A DNA stretch of 64,000 nucleotides, from positions 6,495 to 70,494 of the forward strand of contig CAYMXP010000001.1 in NCBI GenBank assembly GCA_964394425.1, given 5' to 3'. The notes under the pieces are model-generated. The model was not told the DNA's origin. It worked only from the letters and a program-made list of their open reading frames with translations, and ran no database searches. Shown one piece after another: positions 9,076 to 17,976 of this stretch (the first letter of the stretch is position 1; each line of letters opens with the position of its first letter). A program made the position numbers and the translations under genes. This DNA comes from an uncultured Chryseobacterium sp. (GTDB lineage: Bacteria; Bacteroidota; Bacteroidia; Flavobacteriales_F; PHOS-HE28).

Positions 9076-10287
9076 CTAATCCGCCCGAAGCGCCGTCCTG
9101 CGCAGCCACCGCGGCAGGGTGATCACGCCGACGAAGAGGTAGAGGTAGTAGGTGAGCAGCCGCCAGATGATGGCCACCGCCGCCACGAAGCCCGCGGCCG
9201 GCAAAAGGTCACGGAAGAACCCGGAGAACGCCACCTCGGCGATCCCGCTGGCGCCCGGCGTGGGGCTGATCAGGAGGATCACCCACATCACCAGCTGGCG
9301 TGCGAACAGCAGCAGGTGATCGCTCACGCTGAAGAAGGCCGCGGCCAGGCAGTTGATCACCAGGAAGCGCGAAACCCAGCTCAGGCAGGTGGTGACGAAG
9401 GTCTTCGCCCAGAAGCGGAGCGGTTTGCCTTTCAATTCCTCGGAGGTCACCACCAGGTCGTCGCCCACCTTGATCATGTTGGGGCGCCACCGGCGCAGGA
9501 TGCGCAGCCGGAAGACCTGCAGCAGGATGTACTTGATCGCGCGCGGATGGAAGAAGACCGCGTAGAACACGGCGGCCACCATCGCCAGGATCATCGCGTA
9601 ACCGATGACGAAGATGGCCACCACGGAAAGCCCCCAGAAGGCATTGTCCAATTCGCGGGGAAAAAGATCGTGGAAGCCCGCCGCCAGGAAGACCATGACC
9701 ACCGCGAAAACATAGAACAGCTCATCGAGCAGGGCGGTGACCAGCACCACGGCGGTGCTGCGGCCCAGGGGGATGCCTTCGCGGCGCAGGATGAACATGG
9801 CGATCCACGAGCCGCCCACCACCGAGGGGGTCATGGCCGAGGCGAACTCCCAGAGCATGATCACATTGAAGCTGCTGCTCCAGCTCAGGTGCTTGTCGCT
9901 GAGGGTGCGGATGCGGAAGATGTAGCCCAGGTCGCGCAGCGCGCTGAAGATCACCGCGAGCACCAGGAAGAACGCCGTATGCCAGCCCCAGTCCACGCTG
10001 CGCAGCACCTCGCCGGTGGACACGCGGCGGTGGGTCCCCGTTCCAGCAGGCACGGGCTTGAACTCAGCGGGATCGCCCAGGTCGGCCATCCGGTCGGCGT
10101 TCACGTCGATCCACGCGTGATCGCCTTGGCCGTCGGTGGCCAGCTCGAAGCGCGGCTTGCGCAGATCACGGTAAAGCAGCCAGGCGGCGGCCACCATGCC
10201 CAGCAGCACGGGGATCAGGACCCGTCTCCCACCGAGGAAGGCGCGGATACGCTGCTCGCCGCCGTGGGCCGGACCGTCGGGATGCAT
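9076..10287 (-). CDS. UPF0104 / lysylphosphatidylglycerol-synthase-TM-region ('flippase-like') membrane protein
   Basis: Polytopic membrane protein with C-terminal LISPTPGASGIAEVAF (tPGxxGxxE-like signature). Start set at ATG 10287 to avoid overlap with the divergent transporter gene; 10365 and 10398 are alternatives. Confidence 0.6.
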   Translation of the reverse strand: MHPDGPAHGGEQRIRAFLGGRRVLIPVLLGMVAAAWLLYRDLRKPRFELATDGQGDHAWIDVNADRMADLGDPAEFKPVPAGTGTHRRVSTGEVLRSVDWGWHTAFFLVLAVIFSALRDLGYIFRIRTLSDKHLSWSSSFNVIMLWEFASAMTPSVVGGSWIAMFILRREGIPLGRSTAVVLVTALLDELFYVFAVVMVFLAAGFHDLFPRELDNAFWGLSVVAIFVIGYAMILAMVAAVFYAVFFHPRAIKYILLQVFRLRILRRWRPNMIKVGDDLVVTSEELKGKPLRFWAKTFVTTCLSWVSRFLVINCLAAAFFSVSDHLLLFARQLVMWVILLISPTPGASGIAEVAFSGFFRDLLPAAGFVAAVAIIWRLLTYYLYLFVGVITLPRWLRRTALRAD

Positions 10288-10363
10288 GCAGGGATCGCGG
10301 AGCGCCGATCGACCAAAGCAAGGCGCGCCGTGCAATTTGCAATTTGCGATCCACTCCCCGCCC

Positions 10364-11293
10364 ATGTCGACCGCCCGCGCGCACCTGGCTCTCTTCACGG
10401 TGAACGTGATCTACGGCGCGAACTACGTGGTCGCCAAAGGGGTGCTCGGCACCACCATCGGGCCCTCCGGGTTCATGCTGGTGCGGTCGCTTGGCGCGCT
10501 GGTGCTGTTCTGGTCGTTGCGGGCGATCATCCGCGAGCGCGTGGCCATCGGGGATCTGCCGCGCTTGCTGATCTGCGGCATCTTCGGCGTGGCCCTCAAC
10601 GGCACGCTGTTCCTGCACGGGCTCATGCGCACCTCGCCGGTGCATGCGGGCATCCTGATGGTCGCCACGCCGATCCTCGTTCTCGTGCTCTCCGGCGTGC
10701 TGATCGGCGAGCGCATCACCCGCAACAAGCTGGTGGGCATCCTGATGGGCGCGGGCGGGGCGGTGCTGCTGATCACGCCGCGCGACGGGACGGAGGCCCG
10801 CGGCTCCAGTGTCCTTGGCGATGTCTTCATCCTCATCAACGCGATCTCCTATGCGCTCTTCCTGGTGCTGGCCAAGCCGCTGCTGTCGCGCTACTCCGCC
10901 GTCACGCTCATGGCCTGGGTCTTCCTCATCGGCTTCCTCCTCATCCTTCCCTTCGGGTGGAGCGATGTGATCGCCGTGCCCTGGCGATCGCTTTCGGTTT
11001 TCGAATTGGCCTCGATCGCTTTCGTGGTGGTGATGGTCACCTTCGTGGCCTATCTGCTGAACACCTGGGCGCTGCGCATGGTGAACCCCAGCGTGGTGGG
11101 CAGCTACATCTACCTGCAGCCGGTGCTGGCGGTGGTCTTCGGGCTGATCTCCGCGGATCTCCCGCACGGCTGGAGCGGCTCGCGGGTCGCCGATCCACCA
11201 TCGATCGGCTGGACCACCCTTCTGAGCGCGGCCGCGATCTTTTTCGGGGTGCATCTCGTGAGCCGCGGCGACCGGCCGGTGGCGGGGAAATGA
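10364..11293 (+). CDS. DMT-superfamily (EamA-like) transporter
   Basis: 309 aa from ATG 10364. About ten TM segments in two EamA-like halves (LFTVNVIYGANYVVAKGVL..., ...FVAYLLNTWALRMVNPSVVGSYIYLQPVLA). Confidence 0.85.
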   Translation: MSTARAHLALFTVNVIYGANYVVAKGVLGTTIGPSGFMLVRSLGALVLFWSLRAIIRERVAIGDLPRLLICGIFGVALNGTLFLHGLMRTSPVHAGILMVATPILVLVLSGVLIGERITRNKLVGILMGAGGAVLLITPRDGTEARGSSVLGDVFILINAISYALFLVLAKPLLSRYSAVTLMAWVFLIGFLLILPFGWSDVIAVPWRSLSVFELASIAFVVVMVTFVAYLLNTWALRMVNPSVVGSYIYLQPVLAVVFGLISADLPHGWSGSRVADPPSIGWTTLLSAAAIFFGVHLVSRGDRPVAGK

Positions 11294-11463
11294 CGGCGGA
11301 GCTTCCACCATGGAGGCGCGCAGGCGCGCAGAGAACTTGTTCTCGTCGTCCCGATCGATGCCGCGATCGGAAGACCTGCCCATCTCCGCGCCTCGGTGCC
11401 CCTGCGGTGAAATGAATTCACCGGCCCCTCCCCCCGCGGCAGGTATCTTGGCCGCGGCTTCCA

Positions 11464-12333
11464 ATGATCCGATCGCTCACCGGTTTTGGCCGCGCCGAAG
11501 GCGTGGTGAAAGAGAAGAAGGTCTCCGTGGAGGTGCGTTCCCTCAACAGCCGCCAGATGGACCTGCTGCTGAAGCTGCCGTCGAGCTACCGCGAAAAGGA
11601 GGCCGAACTGCGCCAGTGGGCCGGCGAACGCATCGTGCGCGGAAAGTCCGAGCTGGCCGTGTACGCCGAGACGCTGCATGCGCAGAAGCGCACCAGCTTC
11701 GACCCGGAGCTGGTGGCCGGATACTACCAGGAACTGAAGGCCCTCTCCGCGCGCGTTGACCCGAACGCGACCACCGACCTGATGGGCATCGTGCTGCGCC
11801 TGCCGGACGTGGCCCTCACCACGCGCGAGACGCTGGACGAAGCGGAGTGGAGCGGGGTGATGGTGCTGATCGCCCAGGCCATGCACGCCTTCGATGCCTT
11901 CCGCGCCTCGGAGGGCGCGCGCATGCACGACGACCTGCTGCAGCGCACCAAACACATCTCCACCCTGCTGGAGGAGGTGGAACTGCTCGACCGGGACCGC
12001 GCCGTCCGCACGCGCGACAAGCTCGAGGCCCGGTTGAAGGAATTGACCGTGAGCGTGGACCGCGACCGCTTCGAACAGGAGCTGATCTATTACCTGGAGA
12101 AGCTCGACTTCAACGAGGAGAAAGTGCGCCTGCGCTCGCATTGCGAGCTCTTCACCCAGAGCCTCGATGCCGACGAACAGCAGGGACGCAAGCTGGGGTT
12201 CATCGCGCAGGAAATGGGCCGGGAGATCAACACGCTGGGCGGCAAAGCCAACGACGCGGCCATCCAACGCCTGGTGGTGATGATGAAGGACGAACTGGAG
12301 AAGATCAAGGAGCAGCTGCCCAACGTGCTGTGA
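11464..12333 (+). CDS. yicC: YicC-family stress-induced protein
   Basis: 289 aa. N-terminus MIRSLTGFGRAEG. C-terminal DUF1732-like FIAQEMGREINTLGGKAND. Confidence 0.9.
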   Translation: MIRSLTGFGRAEGVVKEKKVSVEVRSLNSRQMDLLLKLPSSYREKEAELRQWAGERIVRGKSELAVYAETLHAQKRTSFDPELVAGYYQELKALSARVDPNATTDLMGIVLRLPDVALTTRETLDEAEWSGVMVLIAQAMHAFDAFRASEGARMHDDLLQRTKHISTLLEEVELLDRDRAVRTRDKLEARLKELTVSVDRDRFEQELIYYLEKLDFNEEKVRLRSHCELFTQSLDADEQQGRKLGFIAQEMGREINTLGGKANDAAIQRLVVMMKDELEKIKEQLPNVL

Positions 12334-12340
12334 TCGCAGG

Positions 12341-12913
12341 ATGGCCGCCGCGGGGAAATGCGTGATCGTTTCGGCGCCCAGCGGGGCGGGCAAGACCACG
12401 ATCGTACACCGGCTGCTGAAGGCGGTGCCGGAACTGGCCTTCTCCGTTTCCGCCACCAACCGCACGCGCCGCGAAGCCGAGGTCCATGGCCGCGACTATT
12501 TCTTCATCAGCACCGCGGAATTCAGGAAGAGGATCGAGGAAGATCGCTTCGTGGAATGGGAGGAGGTGTACGATGGCCGCTATTACGGAACGCTCCGTGA
12601 AGAGGTGGATCGCATCTGGGGCCGCGGCCGCTCGCCGATCTTCGACGTGGACGTGGTGGGTGGGCTCGGGCTCAAGCAGGCCTTCGGCGACCGCGCGCTG
12701 GCGCTCTTCATCGCGCCGCCTTCCATCGAGGTGCTCAGGCAAAGGCTCGTCGCCCGCGCGACGGAAGCGCCGGCCGACCTGCAGGAACGGCTCGACAAGG
12801 CCGCGCGCGAAATGGCCCGCGCGCCGGAATTCGACGCCACCGTGGTGAACGATGACCTGGATCGTGCCGTGGAGCGGGCCATCGCGCTCGTGAAGGAATT
12901 TCTCCGGCGATGA
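12341..12913 (+). CDS. gmk: guanylate kinase
   Basis: 190 aa. P-loop SAPSGAGKTT. NRTRREAEVHGRDYFFIS guanylate-binding region. Confidence 0.93.
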   Translation: MAAAGKCVIVSAPSGAGKTTIVHRLLKAVPELAFSVSATNRTRREAEVHGRDYFFISTAEFRKRIEEDRFVEWEEVYDGRYYGTLREEVDRIWGRGRSPIFDVDVVGGLGLKQAFGDRALALFIAPPSIEVLRQRLVARATEAPADLQERLDKAAREMARAPEFDATVVNDDLDRAVERAIALVKEFLRR

Positions 12914-13500
12914 CCATCGGTTGTCTCTTCGGGACCTTCGACCCCCCGCATCGATCGCACCTGGCCATCGCCCGGTATATGCTGGACCGCGCCGGGCTCG
13001 ACCAAGTATGGTGGGTGATCACTCCCCAGAACCCGTTCAAGCAGGATCAGCACATCAGCGCCGATCACCACCGGGTGGCCATGGCGCGGCTCGCCGTGCG
13101 GGAAGAGCATCGCGTGCGGGTGTGCGAAGAGGAGTTGAAGCTTCCCAGGCCGAGCTATACGGCCGATGCGCTCGCTCATTTCCGCGAACGCTGGCCGGCA
13201 GACACCTTCCTCCTGATCATCGGTGGCGACAACCTGGCCTCCTTCCACCGCTGGAAGGATCCCGAAGGCATCCTGCGGCACCATGAGGTGCTGGTGTATC
13301 CGCGGCCGGGTCATGAACAGGAGGCGCAGGCATCGCCCTTTGCCCGCCACCCGCGTGTGCGTTGGATGGACCACGCGCCGCCGATGGACCTTTCCTCAAC
13401 GGCCGTCCGGAGGGCGCTGAGCAAAGGGGAGCCGGTATCCGGCCGACTGGCTGACGCGGTGCTGGACTACATCCGCCAGGAAGGGCTCTACGCGGGCTGA
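12910..13500 (+). CDS. nadD: nicotinate-nucleotide adenylyltransferase
   Basis: 196 aa. GTFDPPHRSHL (HxGH-type motif) and C-terminal SSTAVRRAL (ISST-type motif). ATGA overlap with gmk. Confidence 0.9.
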   Translation: MTIGCLFGTFDPPHRSHLAIARYMLDRAGLDQVWWVITPQNPFKQDQHISADHHRVAMARLAVREEHRVRVCEEELKLPRPSYTADALAHFRERWPADTFLLIIGGDNLASFHRWKDPEGILRHHEVLVYPRPGHEQEAQASPFARHPRVRWMDHAPPMDLSSTAVRRALSKGEPVSGRLADAVLDYIRQEGLYAG

Positions 13501-14135
13501 GGCGCTTCCTGTTCTTCCGCGAGCAGGGCGCGCAAGTGCGCTTCAAGCGCACCCACGGCCGGCTCGAACGCACCATCGTTGTTCAGGACCACGTCGCACA
13601 TCATCCGGTGGGGAAGGAGATAGGCCCGGTAGGCAGGCAGCACGTGGTGGTGCCACTGGTACAGCACCTCCTCCTCGCCGTATCCGCGTTCACGCGCGTC
13701 GCGAAGCAGGCGACGCTGGAGCTGTTGGTCCTCGCCGGCATGGACGAAGACCTTCACGTCCAGCAGGTCGCGCACCGCGACATGATGGAGGATGAACAGC
13801 CCCTCCACCAGCACGATCCCGCCCGGGAGGGTTTCCACCCAGCCGCCCACGCGGCCTTCCTGGTTGAAGGTGTATTCACGCCTGCGGATGCCGCGACCCG
13901 CATGCAGGTGCAGAAGATCCTCCGCCAGCGCGTCCAGGTCCACCGCACCGGGCACGTCGTAGTTCACCCGGCCATTGGCATCCAGCGCCTGCTCTTCGCG
14001 AAGGCGGTAGTAATTGTCCTGCGAAACCACGCTCACCGCACCCTCGGAAAAGCGCCTTTGGATGGCACGGATGAGGCTGGTCTTGCCCGATCCGCTGCCC
14101 CCGGCGATGCCCACGACGCAGGGCGCTGATGGCAT
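13488..14135 (-). CDS. udk: uridine kinase
   Basis: 215 aa from ATG 14135 (ORF opens at 14243). P-loop GIAGGSGSGKTS. 3' end overlaps the nadD 3' end by 13 nt (convergent). Confidence 0.9.
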   Translation of the reverse strand: MPSAPCVVGIAGGSGSGKTSLIRAIQRRFSEGAVSVVSQDNYYRLREEQALDANGRVNYDVPGAVDLDALAEDLLHLHAGRGIRRREYTFNQEGRVGGWVETLPGGIVLVEGLFILHHVAVRDLLDVKVFVHAGEDQQLQRRLLRDARERGYGEEEVLYQWHHHVLPAYRAYLLPHRMMCDVVLNNDGAFEPAVGALEAHLRALLAEEQEAPQPA

Positions 14136-14257
14136 GCGGCGAATGTAGGCCGGACGCACGGGTGGAGCCCGCGGGTGCTTCGCCCATCCCGGGGCGCCGC
14201 ACAATTTGGCATGGGGGTTGAAAGTTCCTGCTTCAGAACCCATTCATCCCTTCCGCC

Positions 14258-14386
14258 ATGTTGAGCCCCCGCAAGCAGTACCTGAAGCTGAAGCGCCGTG
14301 CCATGCGCCTGATGATGATCGGCGACCTGCACCGCTACATGCATGTGTTGCGCGCCATGCACGATCTGCGCGCGGCGGTGCATTAG
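14258..14386 (+). CDS. small basic hypothetical protein (42 aa)
   Basis: Not in the ORF track (<60 aa). Sequence MLSPRKQYLKLKRRAMRLMMIGDLHRYMHVLRAMHDLRAAVH. Codons strongly GC3-biased like bona fide genes here. Followed 30 nt later by a hairpin plus T-tract. Confidence 0.45.
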   Translation: MLSPRKQYLKLKRRAMRLMMIGDLHRYMHVLRAMHDLRAAVH

Positions 14387-14417
14387 GCGGCCGAAGGGTC
14401 GAGGCCATTGACCGGAC

Positions 14418-14441
14418 CCCGATCGCAAGCGACCGGGTTTT
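14418..14441 (+). terminator. putative intrinsic terminator
   Basis: cccgatcgc / aa / gcgaccggg (8 of 9 bp) followed by tttt. A second strong GC hairpin lies at 14451-14485 (cgcggcggctccccgac tt gtcgggggccgccgcg). Confidence 0.5.
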
Positions 14442-14571
14442 GGTGAGGACCGCGGCGGCTCCCCGACTTGTCGGGGGCCGCCGCGCCGGCTTCCTGGACC
14501 CCTTGTCCGGCGCGGGTTCCAGGTCTTTCGCAAGGCCGATCGCAGCCTTTTTGCCCCATCCCCCGTAGAAG

Positions 14572-14754
14572 GTGACCATGACGAAGAAGGACAAGATCGC
14601 CTTCATCAAGAGCAGCAAGCGCAAGACGCACGTGTACAGCGATCTGCACCGCTTCTCCGATCAGCAGCTCAACGACCTGATCCGCGAGATCGTGCAGGGC
14701 CTGATCCGCGAAAGCGAGATCATCGCCAACGCCTACATCAACGGCTACCGATGA
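14572..14754 (+). CDS. small hypothetical protein (60 aa)
   Basis: MTMTKKDKIAFIKSSKRKTHVYSDLHRFSDQQLNDLIREIVQGLIRESEIIANAYINGYR. GC3-biased codons. No family recognised. Confidence 0.55.
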   Translation: MTMTKKDKIAFIKSSKRKTHVYSDLHRFSDQQLNDLIREIVQGLIRESEIIANAYINGYR

Positions 14755-14925
14755 AGGATCCGAAAAGGCCCTGCTGAACGCAGAACGCTCCCATGACAGG
14801 CTCCGGCGAACACCCGGGGCCTTGTTATTTCCGCATCGGCCATCTGCCCTCCAAGCTTGACCCATTCCGGATGGGCGGGGCGTCCTGCGGGCCATCTACA
14901 TTCACCCGTCCAAAACAACCCACCC

Positions 14926-16998
14926 ATGCGCTCGATCGCTACGATCCTTCTTTCCGCCCCCTTCCTCGCCCTCGGGCAATCCTTGGTGAGCACCCAGCCA
15001 CAGGGCCGCGCCGCCCTGCTGGAGGACTTCACCGGCATCCATTGTGGTTACTGCCCCGAAGGCCACGTCATCGCCGCGGCCATCGAGGCCGAGCATGGAC
15101 CCCGGGTGGTGGTGGTGGGTGTGCATGCCGGGGTCTTCGCCGACCCCAACCCCGGTGAGCCTGATTTCCGGACCACCTGGGGCACGGAGATCGACGCGCA
15201 CTTCACCATTGGCGGCTATCCCGCCGGGGTCATCAGCCGCCACGTTTTCGGCGGGGAGGACGATCTGGGCCGTGGTGCCTGGGCCGGAGCCGTGAACGAG
15301 GTCCTCACCATGCCATCGCCGGTGAACGTGGGCGTTGAAAGCAGCTTCGACGCCGGCACACGCGACCTGACGGTGACCGTGGAACTGCTATACACCAGCG
15401 ACAGCCCGGGAGGCGACGACTACATCAGCGTGCTGCTGAAGGAAAGCCACATCATCGGCTGGCAGACGGACTATGGCCCAAACGGGAACGATCCGGACTA
15501 CGACCATACCAACGTGCTGCGCGCCTACCTCACCGATACCTGGGGCGACGTGGTGACCACCACCACGGCGGGTACGAGCGTGACCCGCACCTACACCTTG
15601 AACGTGCCGGTCGAGTGGGACATCGCCAACTGCGAGGTGGTGGCCTTCGCCAGCGAATACCGAAGTGAAGTGTACCAGGCGCGCGAGGTGAAGGCCGATG
15701 GAGGCACCACCCTGGTGGTCGGCAGCCTCGGCCTGCTGGGTGGCGGAAATGGATACGACGATGGGGCATACTGGTCCAACACGCCTTTCAACAACGAGTT
15801 GACCAACCTGCTGGGGGCCACCAGCGACTTCCTGGTCAGCGTGGAAGCGATCGAGCACCCGGCCGACTGGACGCCCAGCTATGAGGTGGACGGCAACTGG
15901 TACAATGCGCCGGCGACCTTCACCCTGGCCGATGGCGCGACCCAGGCGATCACGGTGAACGTCGCCCCGGGACCCACCGCGGGCATCGGGCATTACCTGC
16001 TCCGCATCGCGTCGCTGGCCTATCCGGATGCGCCCGTGCTTGAGAACGAGTTCCATGTGATCAGCGGGGTGGCCGACCTGCTCATGAGCAATCCGGGCAC
16101 GGAAGCGCACGAGCCGATCTACATGGCGGGACTTGCCACCGCAGGCAACACCGTCCACGCCAAGTGCTCGCTCACCGACTTCAAGCAATTCGCCGAGAGC
16201 AGCGCCTTGGGCGGGGTGACCAACATCTACTACAACGTGAGCTGGACCTTCCCCTGCCTGGACGACGGGACGGTGGCCGTGTTGGAGGACCACCTGGACA
16301 ACGGTGGCGACCTGATGATCTGCGGGCAGGACATCGGCTGGGACAACAGCGGCGCCACCGGGTCGTATGGCACGCCGGCCACCCAATCGTTCTACACCAA
16401 TTACATGCATGCTCATTTCGTCGCCGACGGCGACAACACCAACAACCAGGTGAAGTTCATCGATGGTGACGAGATCTTCGGCGGACTGGCCGATTCTCCC
16501 ATCAACAGCGTGTTCGGGTCCACCAGCAGCTATCCGGAGGAGATCACGGCCCTGCCCCCGGCGGCGCCCATCTTCACCTACAACGTGGCCACCGATTTCG
16601 GCGGGCTGCGTGTGCTGATGCCCAACTACCGCCTGGTGTACAGCGGCATCGGCATGGAGCAGTTCGGCGACGTGAACATCGCCCACCAGATGGTGGCCCT
16701 GAGCCACGACTGGTTCTACGGCCTGGTGAGCGTGGAGGAGTTCGACGCCGGCCTCGCCGGCCTGTTGAGCGGCGCTTATCCTGTTCCCTCCGACGATGTG
16801 CTCACCGTTCCGCTCCAAGGGATGCAGGAGGGAACCGTCGTGCAGTTGATGGATGCCACCGGCCGCATCGCGGTCCAGGAACATGTCGGCGCCGGTCGTC
16901 ATGACCTGAACACGTCCATGCTGCCTTCGGGCGTGTATACCCTGCGGCTGATCAGCGATGGCCGCACCGCGGCCCGGCTCGTCGAGGTGATGCATTGA
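14926..16998 (+). CDS. Omp28-related secreted protein, T9SS cargo
   Basis: 690 aa from ATG 14926. Signal peptide ...FLALG|Q. N-terminal LLEDFTGIHCGYCPEGH (Omp28-related/thioredoxin-like signature). C-terminal T9SS CTD (AYPVPSDDVLTV...GVYTLRLISDG...LVEVMH). Confidence 0.8.
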   Translation: MRSIATILLSAPFLALGQSLVSTQPQGRAALLEDFTGIHCGYCPEGHVIAAAIEAEHGPRVVVVGVHAGVFADPNPGEPDFRTTWGTEIDAHFTIGGYPAGVISRHVFGGEDDLGRGAWAGAVNEVLTMPSPVNVGVESSFDAGTRDLTVTVELLYTSDSPGGDDYISVLLKESHIIGWQTDYGPNGNDPDYDHTNVLRAYLTDTWGDVVTTTTAGTSVTRTYTLNVPVEWDIANCEVVAFASEYRSEVYQAREVKADGGTTLVVGSLGLLGGGNGYDDGAYWSNTPFNNELTNLLGATSDFLVSVEAIEHPADWTPSYEVDGNWYNAPATFTLADGATQAITVNVAPGPTAGIGHYLLRIASLAYPDAPVLENEFHVISGVADLLMSNPGTEAHEPIYMAGLATAGNTVHAKCSLTDFKQFAESSALGGVTNIYYNVSWTFPCLDDGTVAVLEDHLDNGGDLMICGQDIGWDNSGATGSYGTPATQSFYTNYMHAHFVADGDNTNNQVKFIDGDEIFGGLADSPINSVFGSTSSYPEEITALPPAAPIFTYNVATDFGGLRVLMPNYRLVYSGIGMEQFGDVNIAHQMVALSHDWFYGLVSVEEFDAGLAGLLSGAYPVPSDDVLTVPLQGMQEGTVVQLMDATGRIAVQEHVGAGRHDLNTSMLPSGVYTLRLISDGRTAARLVEVMH

Positions 16999-17012
16999 AC
17001 GCAACGCGATCC

Positions 17013-17050
17013 AACGCGAAAGGCCCCTCCGGCGAGGGGTCTTTCGCGTT
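17013..17050 (+). terminator. intrinsic terminator-like hairpin
   Basis: aacgcgaaaggcccctc / cggc / gaggggtctttcgcgtt. 17-bp stem (one G.U), starting 15 nt after the stop codon. Confidence 0.65.
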
Positions 17051-17074
17051 CGTGGTCGGTATGTTCGCGGGGCC

Positions 17075-17941
17075 ATGAAGGTGGACCTGATGATCGTGGG
17101 GGCCATGAAGTGCGGCACCACCACGCTGGCCGATCTGATGAAGGCGCATCCGGGGGTGAGCTTCTGCCGGGAGAAGGAACCGGAGTTCTTCAGCAAGCAC
17201 CCCGACTGGCGCGATGGGATCGAGGCCTATCATGCGCTGTTCGATCAACGCGATGGGGCGCTTTACGTGGAGGCGTCAACGGGTCACACGTTCTATCCGC
17301 ACTTCAACCTGGCGATCTGGGATGATCTCTTCGCCTACAACCCCCGGCTGAGGTTCATCTACCTGGTGCGCGACCCGATCGATCGGATCGTGAGCCACTA
17401 CATGCACATCCACGAACGGGGCTACACCGATCGAACGCTCGAGGATGCCGTGCGCACCATCCCGCTGCTGATCAACAACACGCGCTACCACGCGCAGATC
17501 CTTCCCTTCATCGAACGCTTCGGCCGCGACCGGGTGTTGATCCTGGACCTGGCCGATCTGACGGACCACCCGGCGCGCACCATGGAGCGCCTCGCCGCCT
17601 TCACCGGACTGGCCGCCGGTGGGTTCCCGTCCGTAGCCATCCACGGCAACCCGTCCCTGGGCGGGCACAAGGTGCATCACCGCTTCGACGACCCCTCGCA
17701 TTGGGCCCGCAGGCTTCGCCGCGTGATGCCCGCTGTGTTCCGCGAGAAGGTGTGGCGTGGCATCACGCGCAACACCGGCCGCGGTTTCGATGTGAAACCC
17801 GTGCTCAGTCCGGCATGGAAGCAGGCCGTGATGCGCCTGCTCGAACTCGACGTGCTCGCGTTGGAGAAGCTCATGGCCCGCGATCTCTCCTCTTGGTGGG
17901 AGCATGCCGGTCTGCGGCGCCCCGACCAACGCCTGGGTTGA
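17075..17941 (+). CDS. sulfotransferase-family protein
   Basis: 288 aa. 5'-PSB-like MIVGAMKCGTTTL and 3'-PB-like YLVRDPIDRIVSHY motifs. Confidence 0.85.
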   Translation: MKVDLMIVGAMKCGTTTLADLMKAHPGVSFCREKEPEFFSKHPDWRDGIEAYHALFDQRDGALYVEASTGHTFYPHFNLAIWDDLFAYNPRLRFIYLVRDPIDRIVSHYMHIHERGYTDRTLEDAVRTIPLLINNTRYHAQILPFIERFGRDRVLILDLADLTDHPARTMERLAAFTGLAAGGFPSVAIHGNPSLGGHKVHHRFDDPSHWARRLRRVMPAVFREKVWRGITRNTGRGFDVKPVLSPAWKQAVMRLLELDVLALEKLMARDLSSWWEHAGLRRPDQRLG

Positions 17942-17976
17942 ACCCCCGCCCGCTGGACCGCACCTACATTTATCCC

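Noticed and set aside
7734-9122. 462-aa plus-strand ORF
   Set aside because: It is an antisense shadow of the PLP trans-sulfuration gene (7890-9029 minus).
10331-10349. tgcaatt-tgcaatt-tgcga tandem in the divergent region between the UPF0104-like and EamA-like genes
   Set aside because: There are only two units, and it is probably just overlapping -7-like (caaTTTG) promoter elements. I noted it but do not consider it a distinct element.
9316-11464. 699-aa plus ORF (9316-11415) and 432-aa minus ORF (10166-11464)
   Set aside because: They are shadows of the UPF0104-like and EamA-like membrane protein genes. Both are Arg/His/Gly-rich with no TM pattern or motifs.
11110-12465. 451-aa minus-strand ORF
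   Set aside because: It is an antisense shadow of yicC and the start of gmk.
15388-17196. 602-aa minus-strand ORF
   Set aside because: It is an antisense shadow of the Omp28-like cargo gene.
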